Origin: Vicugna vicugna
Taxonomy: Eukaryota
Reading direction: 5' to 3'
Length of the DNA stretch: 64,000 bases
NCBI GenBank assembly: GCA_013265495.1
Contig: MU058584.1
Coordinates: forward strand, 3,974,508 to 4,038,507
Shown piece by piece: positions 1-13,424 of the stretch. The position numbers were made by a program, and so were the translations under genes. The notes below the pieces were generated by a model that saw only the letters and a list, made by a program, of their open reading frames with translations, made no database searches and was not told the origin of the DNA. Numbering within the stretch: the first letter of the stretch is position 1; each line of letters opens with the position of its first letter.

Positions 1-682
1 AGAACCTTTAATTTTGTTCCTAAATTTATAACAGAGCCACTTCTTGATGCTGTCTGTTGCCCAAGGTACTTCTGGGGATCAGATTGTTATTAAGTTGGGT
101 AGGTGAGTCCTGCAGGGAACCGTTTATTGTTTTGTACAAGAATAGGTGGTGCTGAGGCATCATGTCTCATTTTGGGCATCAAATGGTCTCTTACTTTAAA
201 ATCTGACACTGGCACTGCTTTTTCTTTGATTTAAACAGAAAATCAGCAAATGCTCATTGAGCATGAGAAAGATATCATTAAAACAACTTCTTTTAAGGCA
301 TTGGCTCTATTTTACTCTGGAAAATAAGAACGAGAAAGAGCACTACAGTAACATTAAGTATACCTATGTCCAAATGATGAGAAGTGGATGGCATTTTGGC
401 CTAATGTCAATTACTGTAATTCTTTCTCCTGGAAAGAATAGCTTTCTTTTGAGCTCCAGTATCGATTTTCAGTTGAAAATGTTAGAAATATACAGGGCTG
501 AAAATACATTGTAGCTTCAAATCTAAAGAAATTTGCTGAGAAGTGAAATAAAGGCTTTATTAAACACTATTTGAGGCAGAAGAGGCAGAGAAAATGGAAA
601 ACATAGACTGTAAATGATTGGCATTGTAGGAGATAGTAAGGGATCTATTCAGACAAGACTTTGCCACCTCGTGTAATGATAA

Positions 683-915
683 TGGCCAACATTTATTAAG
701 TACTGATGGTGTGCCAGTGTGCTTAACTCTTATCTTAATAATACTCAAGAGTCTTCAAGACAGGTGGTATTTCTAACCCCCATTTTACAGAAGAGGAATC
801 TTGAGATTTAGGTTCATGACTTGTCCGAGGTTTCACAGCTAAGCTATAGGTGTCAGAGCTGAGATTTGAACACAGGCAAACTGATTCTCATGACCCACTT
901 TTAACCAATATGCTC
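683..915 (-). mobile_element. MIR
   Basis: ccccattttacagaagaggaa...gacttgtccgaggtttcacagcta...gagctgagatttgaacacagg. Confidence 0.8.
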
Positions 916-1429
916 TGCTACCTCTGGTTGTGTTGTGACTCCAGAAGTGACCACAGGTACAATTTTACCTCATTTGTTGCTATTTCTCATACCTTGGGTG
1001 CATCTCCATCTTTTTTGGGAGGTGACCTAGGGGATATGAATCAGCAACCCCCCCCATTCCCTTCATATTGCTTCCTTTTGTGAATGTGCTGCACTGTGTG
1101 GGATTCTTGGGCATTTTTTGACAACCTGGTCATTATCTGTCTCAATCCTTTATTTCCTTTGTAGCACTTAGTATAAATTGCGAAGACTTGTATAATTTTA
1201 ATTATTTCTTTGTTTACTTTTTTGTTTCTTTTCTTCCTCACTAATAGTAGTATCCAGTGTTTATTGAGCTTTTCTTAATGGCCAGGTGTGTTCTGTATGT
1301 ATTAGTTTTATTACTTCTAACTACAGCTCTTTCAGGTAGATACAAATGAGGACACTAAAGCGTAGAGAGTTTAAGAACTTGCCTAAATTTACGCAGCATT
1401 TAACATCTAGAGCTGTTGGTCTTAATTAG

Positions 1430-1798
1430 AAGCTGGCAAACCTTTTCTGTAAAGGACCAGATGGTAAATATTTTAGACTTCATAGGGCAGGAGGCAAAAT
1501 CAAGGATATGATGTAGATACTTATGTAACAAGAAAGAAAACAAATTTCCATGTATTTTAATTGAAGAAATTTAAAATATAATTAAGCAAAAATTTTTAAT
1601 ACAGGTTTGCTTATGAGAAGAATAGAATTATTTTTGGAGGGGAGTAGCCTTTCACTTCATTGGGGTTCTAAGCTAAGTGTTCCTATCATCAAATCGATTG
1701 CAAATATTCTTCAGCAAAAACTATTCTTAGCTTGTGGACCATACAGAGACAGGCAGCAGGCCAGATTTTGCCCCCAGTGTGTAGTTTGCCAGCTCCCG
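1430..1798. mobile_element. hAT-Charlie MITE (MER58-type)
   Basis: Inverted termini agctggcaaac...gtttgccagct with internal ttttctgtaaaggaccagatggtaaatatttta. Confidence 0.8.
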
Positions 1799-2089
1799 TT
1801 ACTAACTGCTACTCTGCCACTTACTCTCACTAACGCGGCGATTCTCAACCCAGGGTGCAAATTAAACTGACCTGGGGAGCTTTGAATTAGAATTACTGCC
1901 AATCACTGTTCTAGAAGCTGGGCAGGCAATGACAAACACAAGACAAATCCCTGCTTTTACGGAATTAGCTGATGTTAAGTGCTAAGTAGAAAAATAAAGC
2001 AGGGAAGGAAGTATAGGCAGGATGTGTTGAGAGGGTTCAGTTTTAGATAGGGTGGCTCGGGAAGGGTCTCACATAGGGAACCCCTGTCT

Positions 2090-3800
2090 ATCTCTCCCCA
2101 GGGGCGTTTTCCTCTAAATCCTGAGATAACCACCATTCTCATACATATGTAATATATTGCTAAACAATGCTTTTTAAGTGTTGTATATAGTGTGATAACA
2201 TTTATATATTTTTGTGCAGCTTACTTTTTATATGCAAAGTTATTTGTCAGATTTATTCATATTAATATGTATAGCTCCCATCCATTTATGTATCAGCTAT
2301 CTATTGCTTTGTAACAAACCCCAAAACTTACTGACTTAAAATAACCACTGTTTGTTGTTGCTTATGAGACAGTGGGTTAGCTAGAGGATTCGGCTGATCT
2401 TGGCTAGACCTGCTCATTTGTCCATGACTTGCTGCTGGTTGGCTGAAATTTGGGTAGGTTAAAATGATTGAGTGGAGACTGGTTGTTACTGCTTCACATA
2501 CTTCATCCTGCAGGAAGCTAGCCCGATCTTAATCACCAGGCTGGGGGGGGGCAGGGTTATAAGAGAGCAAGAGGAAGCATGTAGGGCGTCGAGGCTTAAC
2601 CTGAGAACTAGCAGGATGTTTCTTTTACTGCATTCTGTTGCCAGGGCCATCCCAGATTTGAGAGATGCAGCTCTTGATGAGAGGAAGGGCAAAGGCACGT
2701 TGCAAAGTGTTGTTGATACAGGGCAGGGAGTGATTGTGGACAGTGCAGCAAACAATCTACCTCAACTCATTTTCAGTACTGTATAGTATTTTATTGAGTG
2801 AATATGCTGCAGTTGATTTATTCATTCTTCTGTTGATGGGCATTTCTACTGTCCCCAGTTCTTGGCTTTTATAAACAATGCTGCTGTGGATAATCTTGTA
2901 TGTATCTCTTTGTGTACATGGGCTGCAAGAGTTTCATTAAGGAATATGTGTTTGAGTGAGTGTGTGAGATGGTTGCACAGGTTAGTGTGAAATGTGTATG
3001 CAAATAATACACCTAGAAGTGGAATTGTTGCTTTGTAGAATGTGCGCATCTTTAGCTTTACTAGAAATTGCCAGTGACTGTATTTATTTATGTTCTTATT
3101 GGTACTATAGTTCTCCCTGTTCCACATCTTTGCCAGGGTTTTTTAATTTTTTTTGCCACTCCCAGTGGGTGTGAAATAGTATCTCATAGAGGTTTTAATT
3201 TATATATTTTTTTATTGTTAATGAGGTAAGCAACTTTTCATATGCTTATTGGCCATTGTGCTTCTTCTGTGAATTGCCAGTTAATGTATCGTGCCCATTT
3301 TTTAAATTGGATTGCTTTGTCTTTTGCTGATTTGTTGGAATTTTTTTGGATTCTAATCCTTTGTTAGTTGTATATGTTTTAATATTCTTTCTCAGTCTGT
3401 GCTTTGTCTTTGCAATTTTTAAGTGGACTCTGGATGAACAGACATTTTTAATTTCAATGCTGTTGGATTTATCAGCCTTTTCTTTTATGGTTTATACTTT
3501 TTATGTCTTATTAAAGGAATCTTTCCCTCTTCCATGTTCAGATTCTCTTTTGTCTTCTCGAAGTTTTAAAGTTTATGTTTTCATATTTGGCCTAGAATAA
3601 ATTTTTGTATATTTTTGTATGTGGTGTTAAGTCAGGATTTTTTTTTCAATATTATGGATTTCTGACTCTCCCAGCACAATTTGTTGAATTTTTCCCTCTC
3701 CTGTCCTTTCATGCAATGCCAGCTCTGTTATTCGTTGAGTTTCCATGTGTACATGGGTTCTGCATTCCCTTTCGTATTAATTTCATATATAGAAACGTCT
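2090..3800 (-). mobile_element. Old L1 (L1ME-like) interrupted by an MLT1 LTR
   Basis: cattcttctgttgatgggcattt, aacaatgctgctgtg, tatgcttattggccatt, gatgaacagacattttta motifs. Confidence 0.8.
2289..2764. mobile_element. ERVL-MaLR solo LTR (old MLT1)
   Basis: Starts tgtatcagctatctattgct..gtaacaaaccccaaaactta.tgacttaaaa and ends aatctacctca (TG...CA termini). Confidence 0.75.
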
Positions 3801-3879
3801 AGTTTTCACTTTTGAAGCTGGCTTTCTTTGTTTACTACTGTGTTATTGCCTAAGACGTGCCCTTAGTTCCTTTGGGTAA

Positions 3880-4110
3880 TAAAAATAATCTGTGGCACTT
3901 TTTTGGTTGCTCACTGTGTACTAGATTAGATTATACTTAGTAATGCTCTAATACATTTGGTCCTCATGATGATCCTGTGAGTTAGCTATTTTTGTTTTCA
4001 TTTTACAGATGAGTAAACAGGCACAGAGGAAGACTGCTTAGCTGGGATTATGAACCCAGACCAGCTGGCTTCAGGGTCTCAGCTTTAAACCACTGTGCTA
4101 TACTGTTTCT
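3880..4110 (-). mobile_element. MIR
   Basis: cattttacagatgagtaaacaggcacagag...gaacccagaccagctggcttcag. Confidence 0.75.
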
Positions 4111-5689
4111 CATTTAAATGAGCTTATAAGTGACTTTTCTAATTTGAAACATTTAAACAGGAGTAAGAGCAACTTCCAGTCAACTATTACCTCTAAAATT
4201 TGTCAGATTGTAAGAACGAGTCTGGCAGGGGCCATAAAGATGTATTGCAGTTTCTTTTTGGAATTCAATTTGGCTTCCTAAAACGGTCGTTTTTGAGACT
4301 CCCCCCAGTTTACCCTCAACAATGCATGTGAGGAAGATGTAGAAAATAAGTGCAGGTAGCTTAATCAATGCTTCTTTCTTTTAATGTGACCTTATTTTAC
4401 TAAGACATGAGCTGAGCAAGAAGGGCAAATTTTATATTCAACATAAAATTTATGAGTATTTTGTACAACAAAATTGTTTAAGTACATACTTTGTTCAGAG
4501 AATTACAGGAAACAAGATGAATCAAACAGTTCCTGCCCTCAAAAGGAATATGCTCTTAGAACAGTTGACAAATTATAAATGCAGTTGTCTGTTTTTATAC
4601 GCATATGTACCCACCTTAGCTTCACAAAAGGAGGCGGCTAGAAGTTGTTTATAACTTAATTGGGGAGATCAAACATACAAGGGAAAATTCATTCAAGATA
4701 GAATGCAGTTAAATTACAAAGCACTGGGGATACAGGTGGCTGTAGAAGTGGAAGAAATCGTTTTGCACTTGAGGTGAAGCTGGAGAAAGAGGCTGAGAGC
4801 GACAGTAACACTGACATGTTAGCTGGGTCCTAACAAGGAAGGTAGGATCTTGACAGGTGGATTAGGAGTGGAGGGTGGGATTGCATTTCAGAAAGGTGGA
4901 ACAACGTGAACCAAAGTCTGGTAGAGGCACGAAAGGCTAGCCGTGTTTGGAGCAGTAGTTCGATTTGGCTAGAATACAGAAGAGCAGAAGTAAATAAGTT
5001 GGGGCCAGTTTGTGTAGGGTCTTAAATATCAGGCTAAGGTGTTTGGACTTAATTCAGTAGACAGTGGGGAGCCACTGAAGTATTTTGAGTAATATGACCT
5101 GGGCCGTGCTTTTGGAAGATTAATCTGGTTAGAAATTAATCTGTGAGGAGTAAATGAATGGGAAAGTGAAAGTATTTTCCACTGTTGGATCACTTTTTGT
5201 TGTTGTTTTCTGTGTAAACAACCAAAACAAGCATAAGCTTAATTTAGTTATTAAATAATAATGCTAAGAATCTTCATTGATACATATATTTGTTCTCATA
5301 TTCAACTGTCTTTTAAAACTAGTTGAGGCCCTGTGCACCTGTTGGATTCTCGTGCAGTTTTTGCATTCAGGCCCATCTTCCAAACACAGGGTTCTGACGG
5401 TACCACTGTACTGCTCAGAAAGCCTTCAGCACCCCTCCACTTGGCTGCTGAATGAAGTGCAAACTTCGTGATCAAGGCCCTCCCTCATTTATCTCTCCCA
5501 CTCCCACCGCTCACTGACTGCTTCAGAAAAACTGTTCTTCAGACTCCTTGTGATTTCCTACTTCTTTGTCTCATTTGCTCTGGTTTCTATGATCTTAGAG
5601 TCATAAGATTAAAAAGGGGGGAAAGTACGTTGAAGTCCTGAGAACTTAAGTGACTAGATCATATCTGGCAGAGCTGGGATGAAAGCTCT

Positions 5690-7000
5690 ATCATTTGTTT
5701 AAAAAGTATTCTTTGTACCTGCCAGGACCAGGTATTGTGCCATACCCTGAAGATACATGATGGTGAGTGAAACAGAAGTGCTCCCTGCTCTCGTAGCCTG
5801 CAGTCTCGAGAGACACATTTACCATTAGGAGTAATTAAACCAATGTTGTGATTACTAACCGGGGTGGGTCCTATCAAGGAAAAGTACTTTGGGGTGCTGT
5901 GAGAGAAAATAATGGGGGAAGGCGGTGAAGCTGGTTCAGACTGGCGTGTCAGGGAAAGTCTCTTTGAGGAAGTGAATTTTAAGCTGAGAATTGAAATGTG
6001 AGAGTAAGCGTAGAGGAAGGCAAAGGCTGAGAAGGGAATTCTTTCCAAGCAGAGAGAACAGGCCCCTGAGTGGAGAAGTCTGGAGTCACAGAGGACCTGA
6101 AGGTCAGTGTGGCCAGGACATTTTGGTTACTGAGAAGTGAGATGAGCCTCGAGATCAGGCAGAGACCAGGTCATACAGAGCCTTTTAGGCCACAGTTAGG
6201 ATTTTTCATTTTGTATACAGTGCAATGGGAAGAAAGGAGCAATTGGAGTGCTTTTGAATTGAGGAGTGACAATCCAATTTATAGTTTTAAAAATCACTGT
6301 AATTAGTAATATATCCTAAACCCAACTTCTTCTTATCTCCTCCTACCCTACTCTGGTCTAAATCTTACACGAGCTGGCCGGTCTCTGCTTTGACCTTGCA
6401 GTCCTACAGCCTATTCTTGACATGGCCACTAGTGTTTTCCTTTAAAATACTACACGCAGCTCTCCTCTGCTCCAGATCTTCGAGTGGTTTCATGCTGAGT
6501 AAAAGGCAGAGGTGTGCTCCCACCTCAGGACCTTTACATTTGCTGTATGCTTTGCCTGGGATACTTTTCCGGATACCCATGTGGCTCTCTTCCTGACCTT
6601 CTTCAGGTCTGTAACAACTGGCGAATCCACCCCTGGCCACTGTATTTAACACTAGACCCCACCCTGCCTATCCTTCGGTACTTTCTTTTTCACTTACTGC
6701 CCTCTGGCTTATTTTATACTGGAATGTAAGTTTCCCTAGGTAAAGGATTTTGTAAGAGAGTTTTGTGCACGGTATTTAGTACTCAGTGCAGACTGTCTGG
6801 CATAGAGCAGACATTCAGTAAATATTAGTTGAAGGTTGAATGAATGGATGGAGAGTGTATTGGAGGAGTCTAGAGTAGGAGCTGGAAACGGTTATAAGCT
6901 CTTTGTCTAGATGAGAGATGATGTTGGCTGAGAAGGTTGTGGAAGATGCAGAGAAATGGTGGATTCAAGATATATTTTGGAGATAGAATCAACGGATAGT
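5690..7000. mobile_element. L2 cluster: + strand L2 3' end (about 6310-6850) nested in a - strand L2
   Basis: Minus-type gtcagggaaagtctctttgaggaagtga.ttttaagctgaga flanks plus-type cctcaggacctttacatttgctg...cagtaaatattagttgaa...tgaatgaatg. The minus copy resumes with gattcaagatatattttggagatagaatcaac. Confidence 0.7.
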
Positions 7001-7297
7001 TCACAATGATGAAAATAACTCAGGTTTTTACCTCACAAGTTTAGTGTTCTTTCCGTTAAACCACTGTGAAACATGGTTAGCTGGTAATCTTAGTAATTAG
7101 ATGAGATTCTTTTTTTTTTCAAGTCTGTGTCTACTGGTGCTGCCATATTCACTGATAATTGCAGAGTGTGGTGAAGATTAATAAGAATTAGGTAAGTATT
7201 TTAAGTATTTAGAAGTATTTTAAACATTAGTGTTTAAGTATTTTAAGTATTTGTATTCTTTTAAAGTCAAACTTGTGAGACAGGGCACTTAGCCTGT

Positions 7298-7499
7298 GTG
7301 GTGGTTCTCAACTGGGGATGACTTTGCTCCCAAGGGAATGTTTGGCACATTTTTGGATGTCACAATTTGTAGGATGGTGCTAATGCCATGGTCATTAGAG
7401 GCCAGGTATGTTGCTAAACACTACAGTGCACAGGTCAGCCCTCCTCTCAGAGCAGAATTCAGTCCAGAATGTCAGTAGTGCCAAGGTTGAGAAACTGTG
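7298..7499. mobile_element. MER20 (hAT-Charlie)
   Basis: gtggttctcaac.gggg..gactttgc...tagaggccagg.atgttgctaaaca...tagtgccaaggttgagaaac. Confidence 0.85.
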
Positions 7500-8019
7500 C
7501 CTCAGTGGTTAAAACTTGCCTTAAGTTAATGCTGAACCTGCCATTACACTGTTACATCCACAGACTTGTACAACTTCTTGTCTATACAAGGTGTGATTAG
7601 AATGGTTATTTTAAATAAATATACTATCAGCGACACACATACATGCTCATGTACGTAAGTCCAGCTGAAAGCTCCATCTTCAAAATCATACCCTTGAAAA
7701 GGTCATCTGTTTGTTTTTGTGATCCTGCTTTTTTTTTTTTTTTTACAGTTATCTTTGAGACCTGCAGCATATCCTTTAAATCTCCTTATTGGTACCACAT
7801 TTTCTTCTGAGGGTGGATTTGGAAATATCCAGTGCTTTCTGAATGCATTGTGATGAGTTACGGGGTTGGGTGGTAATTCTATTGTAAGATCAGATTGAGA
7901 TATGACTATAAAGTAATAATTGGCTCTGAAGATAGTTTAAAACTAATGCTTCTTCAAATACAAATATTTTCATCAGTAAATATGGGGAATAAGTGCATAT
8001 TCTCAATTTGAAAGGGCAT

Positions 8020-8660
8020 ATTTATGTGTGAAAGCTCTAAAATGATTTAAAATAAAAGCAGTATTTATCAGAATGTCAAATAGTAAAAAGATTGTTGTTT
8101 TCTAGGATCAGGGAAAACAGGAACTCCCACATAATATTGGGAAGGTAACTTGGTGCAACTTTTGGAGAGCAATAATACTATTAAAATTTTAAATGTCTGA
8201 AATTCTACCTCAAGCTGTTAATTTTTCAGAAACATTTACACCAGTAAGGAAAGACACATACATGTAGTCTGTTTCATCATCTGTATACATAAAAGCTGTT
8301 TCTTAAAGCCTCATTTGTAAACTGGAAAAAAATGGAAACAATCCAAATACCTATCTACAACATGTTGGCGTATCACTAATCATTAGTACATCTGTACAAT
8401 GGAATATTATACACCACCAAAAATTTGATATGTGGACTGACATGAAAGGAGTTACAAAATATATTAAATGGGAGAGGGAGTTGTTAAAAAAAAACAGAAC
8501 AGGCAGGTATGGCATACTATACAAAATTATACATGTAAGATATGCATAGAAGAAAGAGCTGGAATTAAAAATACTAAATCTAAAAGTGGAAATAGGATAG
8601 CTTCCTATATTTCAGATATGTTTGATTGTTTTATAATTAATATGTTTTTTACAATCAGAA
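8020..8660 (+). mobile_element. Old L1 3' remnant
   Basis: ggaaaacaggaactcccaca, actttttggagagcaat, tggaaacaatccaaatacctatc, caatggaatattatac. Confidence 0.7.
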
Positions 8661-8962
8661 AAAAAAGAAATCTACTTTAAAGTCATGGGACAGTCATGTT
8701 ACTTTATAGCCTGATCTTTTATTGTTTTGAAGCAACCTTTTGTTTTAATACATTACTTTTCAGCAGTTCTGTATTTGTATTCATGAATACCTTAAATTGA
8801 CCAGAGGTTCTCAGATTTTGTTAGTCATCTGAAGTTATTCACTGCTTTTTAAAAAATTTTTAAATTCTTGACTTTAGAGTGAAAGTGTCAGAGTTTAGTT
8901 GTGGAATGTTTTGTTCTAAAAAATCTTGGACTTTGAAATGTTATAGAATGCTCATCTGTATT

Positions 8963-8981
8963 TATCCTGCAGGTGGCGCTG
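8963..8981 (+). promoter_or_regulatory. Candidate CTCF site
   Basis: TATCCTGCAGGTGGCGCTG is a close match to the CTCF core CCASYAGRKGGCRS and keeps its CpG in AT-rich surroundings. Confidence 0.6.
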
Positions 8982-11900
8982 GTGGTTTTGTGTTCTTTTG
9001 CGCTGTTTATCATTCAAGAAAAATACCCCTAAACTTCAAAATCACTTAATTACTGGTTCTATTTGTGGAATGCTATCTTTCATGTAATTGTTGAAAATCA
9101 GATATTTTCTTAACTATTATTTCAAGAAATACAATGTTAGCAAAAGAAATTTGTGACAAGTTCTTTGAACATATTCATTTTGTTCTTTATCTACTTTATT
9201 AGTCATTACAATCTCTGGGAAAATTAAATTTATTTCAGCACTGAATGATACTCTCTAACTCCTTTAAATTTCCAAAATATCATCAAATCTGGCAGTAGAA
9301 CTAATTTTTTCGAGTGAATTCTCTTTGAAGTACTTCCTTTTCCCCACTCTTTGTGTGTCTGACTCCCCCTCTTTTCTCCCTTTCTTTCTCTCAGTCTGTC
9401 AAGTTCAAGAGCAGCTCAGATGCCATGAATTAAGTGAAGCACAAAAGGGGGAAAGGAGACCCTTTTGAAGAACAAAGGCCTCCCATTAGGCTGCCATGTT
9501 CTTTTTTGACAAAACGTGCACCCTACATGGTTTCTATTGTTGTCCACATGCCCTGCACATAAGGTAAATACAGTAGATCCTCATTACCTCACGTTTTCCT
9601 CCTCTTCCTCCTATGCCACACGCAACCAGTGAAGCTTTAGGTCTTTGATGTCTTTAAGCATTCTTATACAGTTGCTTTATCTCCTTTTAAAAAACTGCAT
9701 GGGTAGAAATGGAAGTGGAGAGCAATGCACACCAAGTAAAACCCCACAAGAAGAGAAAATTAGCTGTTAGGGAAGCTGTAACCCAAGAATCCAGGGCAGG
9801 TGGAAGAAATCAAACAGTTTACTGCTATTCTTCCTCTACTCGGGGCCTTCTAATATCCTGCATTTTAAAAATAACTTTGATTTATGTTTACTATAGATTG
9901 GTGAGCTAGTTTCTCCTCTCTTTGTCTAACATAATAGAACAGGCAAATGGGAATAAATTTAATTGCTGAGAATAGTCCTTGTAATAATGAGAAACTTACT
10001 AATCTGCTGCTGCTTCTTGGATGCTTGCCCTCTGGTGTTGTGTAGATGGCTTAACTGTAGGTTTGTTGTCTTCTGTTACTTTTCATTGAGATGAAACTGA
10101 GAAATAACAACAACAAAAGCTTTAAGTGGCAAATAAAGGGGATAACCTTTGTAGACCCAAACTTAAAATTTAAGAGAAAAATTACGGAAATTTCAAATTT
10201 TACACACTTGAAATTTAGCTTGCTTATGGTAAAGTTGTTTTATAGTTCCCGACAAAGGTCAGTTAGTTGCTTTTGCAAAGGAATGTGTGATTCCAGATAT
10301 CTGCCTACTGTTAATCATTGAGAAAAACATTATCAGATTAGCAAGTCTATTGAAATAGTCAGAGACCTCCTTGGTTCACTGCAAAGATGAAATATCTGAT
10401 GAATGGAGGTTTGGACTATGGTTTTATTTATTTTTATTTTTCAAAGAATTTGTAAAATCAGTAAGTGGTTTGTAGTAGGGTTTTGGGGGGTTGGTTAGCA
10501 AAAGGAATGGAAGAGAGAAAGTAATGAAGGGCGAGGGGATATTATTTCCTTTTTTAGTACTACTTTTAAATTAAAACTTTTAATATAGTGAAGAGTAAGA
10601 TTTGAACTTCTGACAGTATGTTTTCTTTTTATCTGTTGTTAAACTAATGGTGGGCAATTTGTGACTTAACATATAGAGTGGGTCTGCCTTTTTTGGATTA
10701 CAGAAGTGATTCAGTGGGGTTAAAAAGAACATTAAAAGAGTTAAAGAAATAATTCCTTTGTAGGAGCAGTAGTAACATTTTATTTTGAAAATTTCTTGGG
10801 AAGATTTTTAGTATTTTTTTCCTCCCACACAGCATTCAAATGAAAGTACATAGTATATTCAACCCCCCTTTTTTGGTCCTAAGAATTTCTTTTAATATTA
10901 AAACCTGGCTAGTGCACTTGAAGTTAAAAAAAAAATTAAATGTATTAACTACTTGAGGAAATGTTTTGACCTTTAATGGACCCTGGGTATTGCTTTTTCA
11001 GGAATTATATTGCTTGGTTTCTTGTTTTTTGGGTTACAGTAGTTTGCGAGAAATTCTTTAGTTTATATACTTGGCAGCAGAATAAAAGGCAGAGAGCTTC
11101 TTGATTTGTATTGTGTAGAAAATTACCATTTCTGTTTTCTGTGCAGGTTGTCCTAAAGATGTAGCCAGGGAGTTTCAGAGGCGGGGCGAGAGAGAAAGAC
11201 TTGCAGTTCTAATCTTTTCTTGCTTTTGCCGCTGGTCATACTTCGGATTGTTTTTCTGCTTTTGTTCCTTGGGGTGGCATCTGTCTTCAGGAGAAATCAC
11301 TTCACAGTCAAATACAAATTGCTGAACTGTGGCATTTTTGCTCTTCCTGTTATGCTGAATTCAGTGGGAAGAGTTTTAATATAGGTGCATTTAAACACTT
11401 GTTATTTATGGATGGGAAGAGATGGGGAGTGAAATCTCATTCTTTACTAAATGCTCCATCTCCTGCCCATCACCTTTCAAGAACACAGTTCTGCCCCCAC
11501 CACAGGGCTTTTCACTAATCCCAAATGTTCCTCTATGCTAATTTGAAAGAGCCCTTGTACCAGAGATTGCACTTTTTTTATAGTTCCCACATATAGGGTC
11601 ACTTTTATTAAATTAATGATTTGACACTTTTCCAGGTTTATGACTGTACCTTTGTACATTAGTATTGATTTTAACATATTTCAGATATTGTACTGTTGCG
11701 TTGAATATGTGCTTATATTGTTTTAATTATTCAAATAATTTAACATTTTAAGGCTGTGATTTTAAATTTAAAGAGATTTAAGTTTTTAAACATTTTGAAA
11801 CATTGTTCGTAAAATATTATTGTAACAGTAATCATAGTAATTAGAAAAGTAATAAGGTAAATGATAAAGCATTTTAAAACATATCTAACTGGGACTGTGG

Positions 11901-12469
11901 AGAGAGAACCAATTTAAAGTAATAGACCAGGTCTTTTCCTGTGTTTCCTGAGAAGCCATTTGAACAGTTAACTGGCAAAATTTTAAACATTAAATGTATT
12001 TGTGACTAAAACCTGCCTTCTCAAAAAGGCATCCTAACTGCTATGACCTCATGGGGTCTCATTGTACAGAATTAGACTTAAATGATGGCTTAAAGAGAAA
12101 GGGTATAATAAGATTGACCAAACCTATATTTATTGAAAGATTGAGCATGAAAAGATTTGGAGCTTTACAGTAGTTCAAGGAAGTAAGATTTATTTTTAAA
12201 AAATCTCGATGGGTGGCTTTTTTTTTTTTTTTCCTGACATGGGTGAATTTTGATTTAAAACCATCCAAAGGACTGGCAAGCTGTACCCGGGGGAGAGGGA
12301 AGTGCAGGGAGGGAAGGAATCTGATGAAACAGGGACTTCACAAAGTTTCTGTGGAAGGCTTGAAACTGGGAATGAAGAAAAGAAATGAATGAAATATTAG
12401 ACAAGAAAATATTTTTATGTACATTTGTCAACTTTTATTTCTATGTTGATGGAAATAATACAGGATAGG

Positions 12470-12638
12470 CTTTCAGTTGTTCTCTGGCCAAATCCAGCGT
12501 ACTTTCTGTTTTTGTGTGGCCCGTGAGCTAACAAGAAATTTTAAATTTTTTGAAGGAAAATAATTAAAAGCATAGTATTTTATGACATGTGAAAATTAAA
12601 TGAAGTTGGAATTTCTGCATCCATAAATAAAGTTTTAT
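12470..12638. mobile_element. MER58B-like fragment
   Basis: ggccaaatccagc...tgtttttgtgtggcccgtgagctaa...ccataaataaagttttat. Confidence 0.65.
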
Positions 12639-13268
12639 GATCTGTGATAAAGTTCTGTCCTTCCCCTGTGGCAGTTGTTGGGAAAGTAATTGGGAGCCCT
12701 CCTAGGCTGCTATAGGAAAACCATGTTATGATTTACTGATCCCTCCTGGGTGAAGTAAATGGTGTATAGGTAAGAATTTGAACTTGTAGTTCATTTTCTC
12801 TGATTCTTCCTGCTTTCTTCTCTCCTATCAGTCACATGCTTAGGACAATAAAGTTAGGGATTTAGAAATGTCATCATGAAATCAATTATAGGGTTCAACA
12901 AAGGTATAAAAGTCATAGTTAAAAATAAGTTATTTAATTTTCTTGCCTTCCTAACTTCTCTTGAATAACCAGGCCTAAACCAGAAGCACATTATTCATGA
13001 CCAATCTCTATGTAAAATAACGAAGGCAGTAGTCATAAATCAAACTCCTGATTTATTCTGAATGACCACCAGCAGCAAACTAAGAATGATGTTTTTCCCC
13101 AGCTAGAATTTCTTGTTCCAAGAAATGATAAAGTTGGTGTCTTCCTTTGTTTCATTATGGTTCACGTTATATTGCTCTATGCAGGATTTTTAAAATGTAC
13201 TTGGGTAGAGAAGCTATCAAAAATCCACATGGCTGTAGAACTAATGGTAGTACTCAGCTTGATTATTT

Positions 13269-13424
13269 GTTTTTACATACATACGTGTATTTTTTTTTCA
13301 GATTCTTTTCCGTTACAACTCATTACAAGAAATTGAATAGAGTTCCCTATGCTGCACAGTAGGTCCTTGTTGTTCATCTGCTTTATGTATAGTGATGTGT
13401 ATTTATTAATCCCAAACTCCTAAT
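13269..13424 (-). mobile_element. LINE-1 3'UTR fragment without tail, with 16-bp TSD
   Basis: Homologous to the 3'UTR of the 32.3 kb and 40 kb L1 copies. CTCAGCTTGATTATTT at 13253-13268 and 13425-13440. Confidence 0.85.

Noticed and set aside
5659..6729. Several overlapping ORFs
   Set aside because: All fall within degenerate L2 sequence.
11130..11300. Good acceptor tctgttttctgtgcag|G at 11146 followed by a GC box
   Set aside because: No convincing donor at exon distance. It could be regulatory but is unsupported as an exon.
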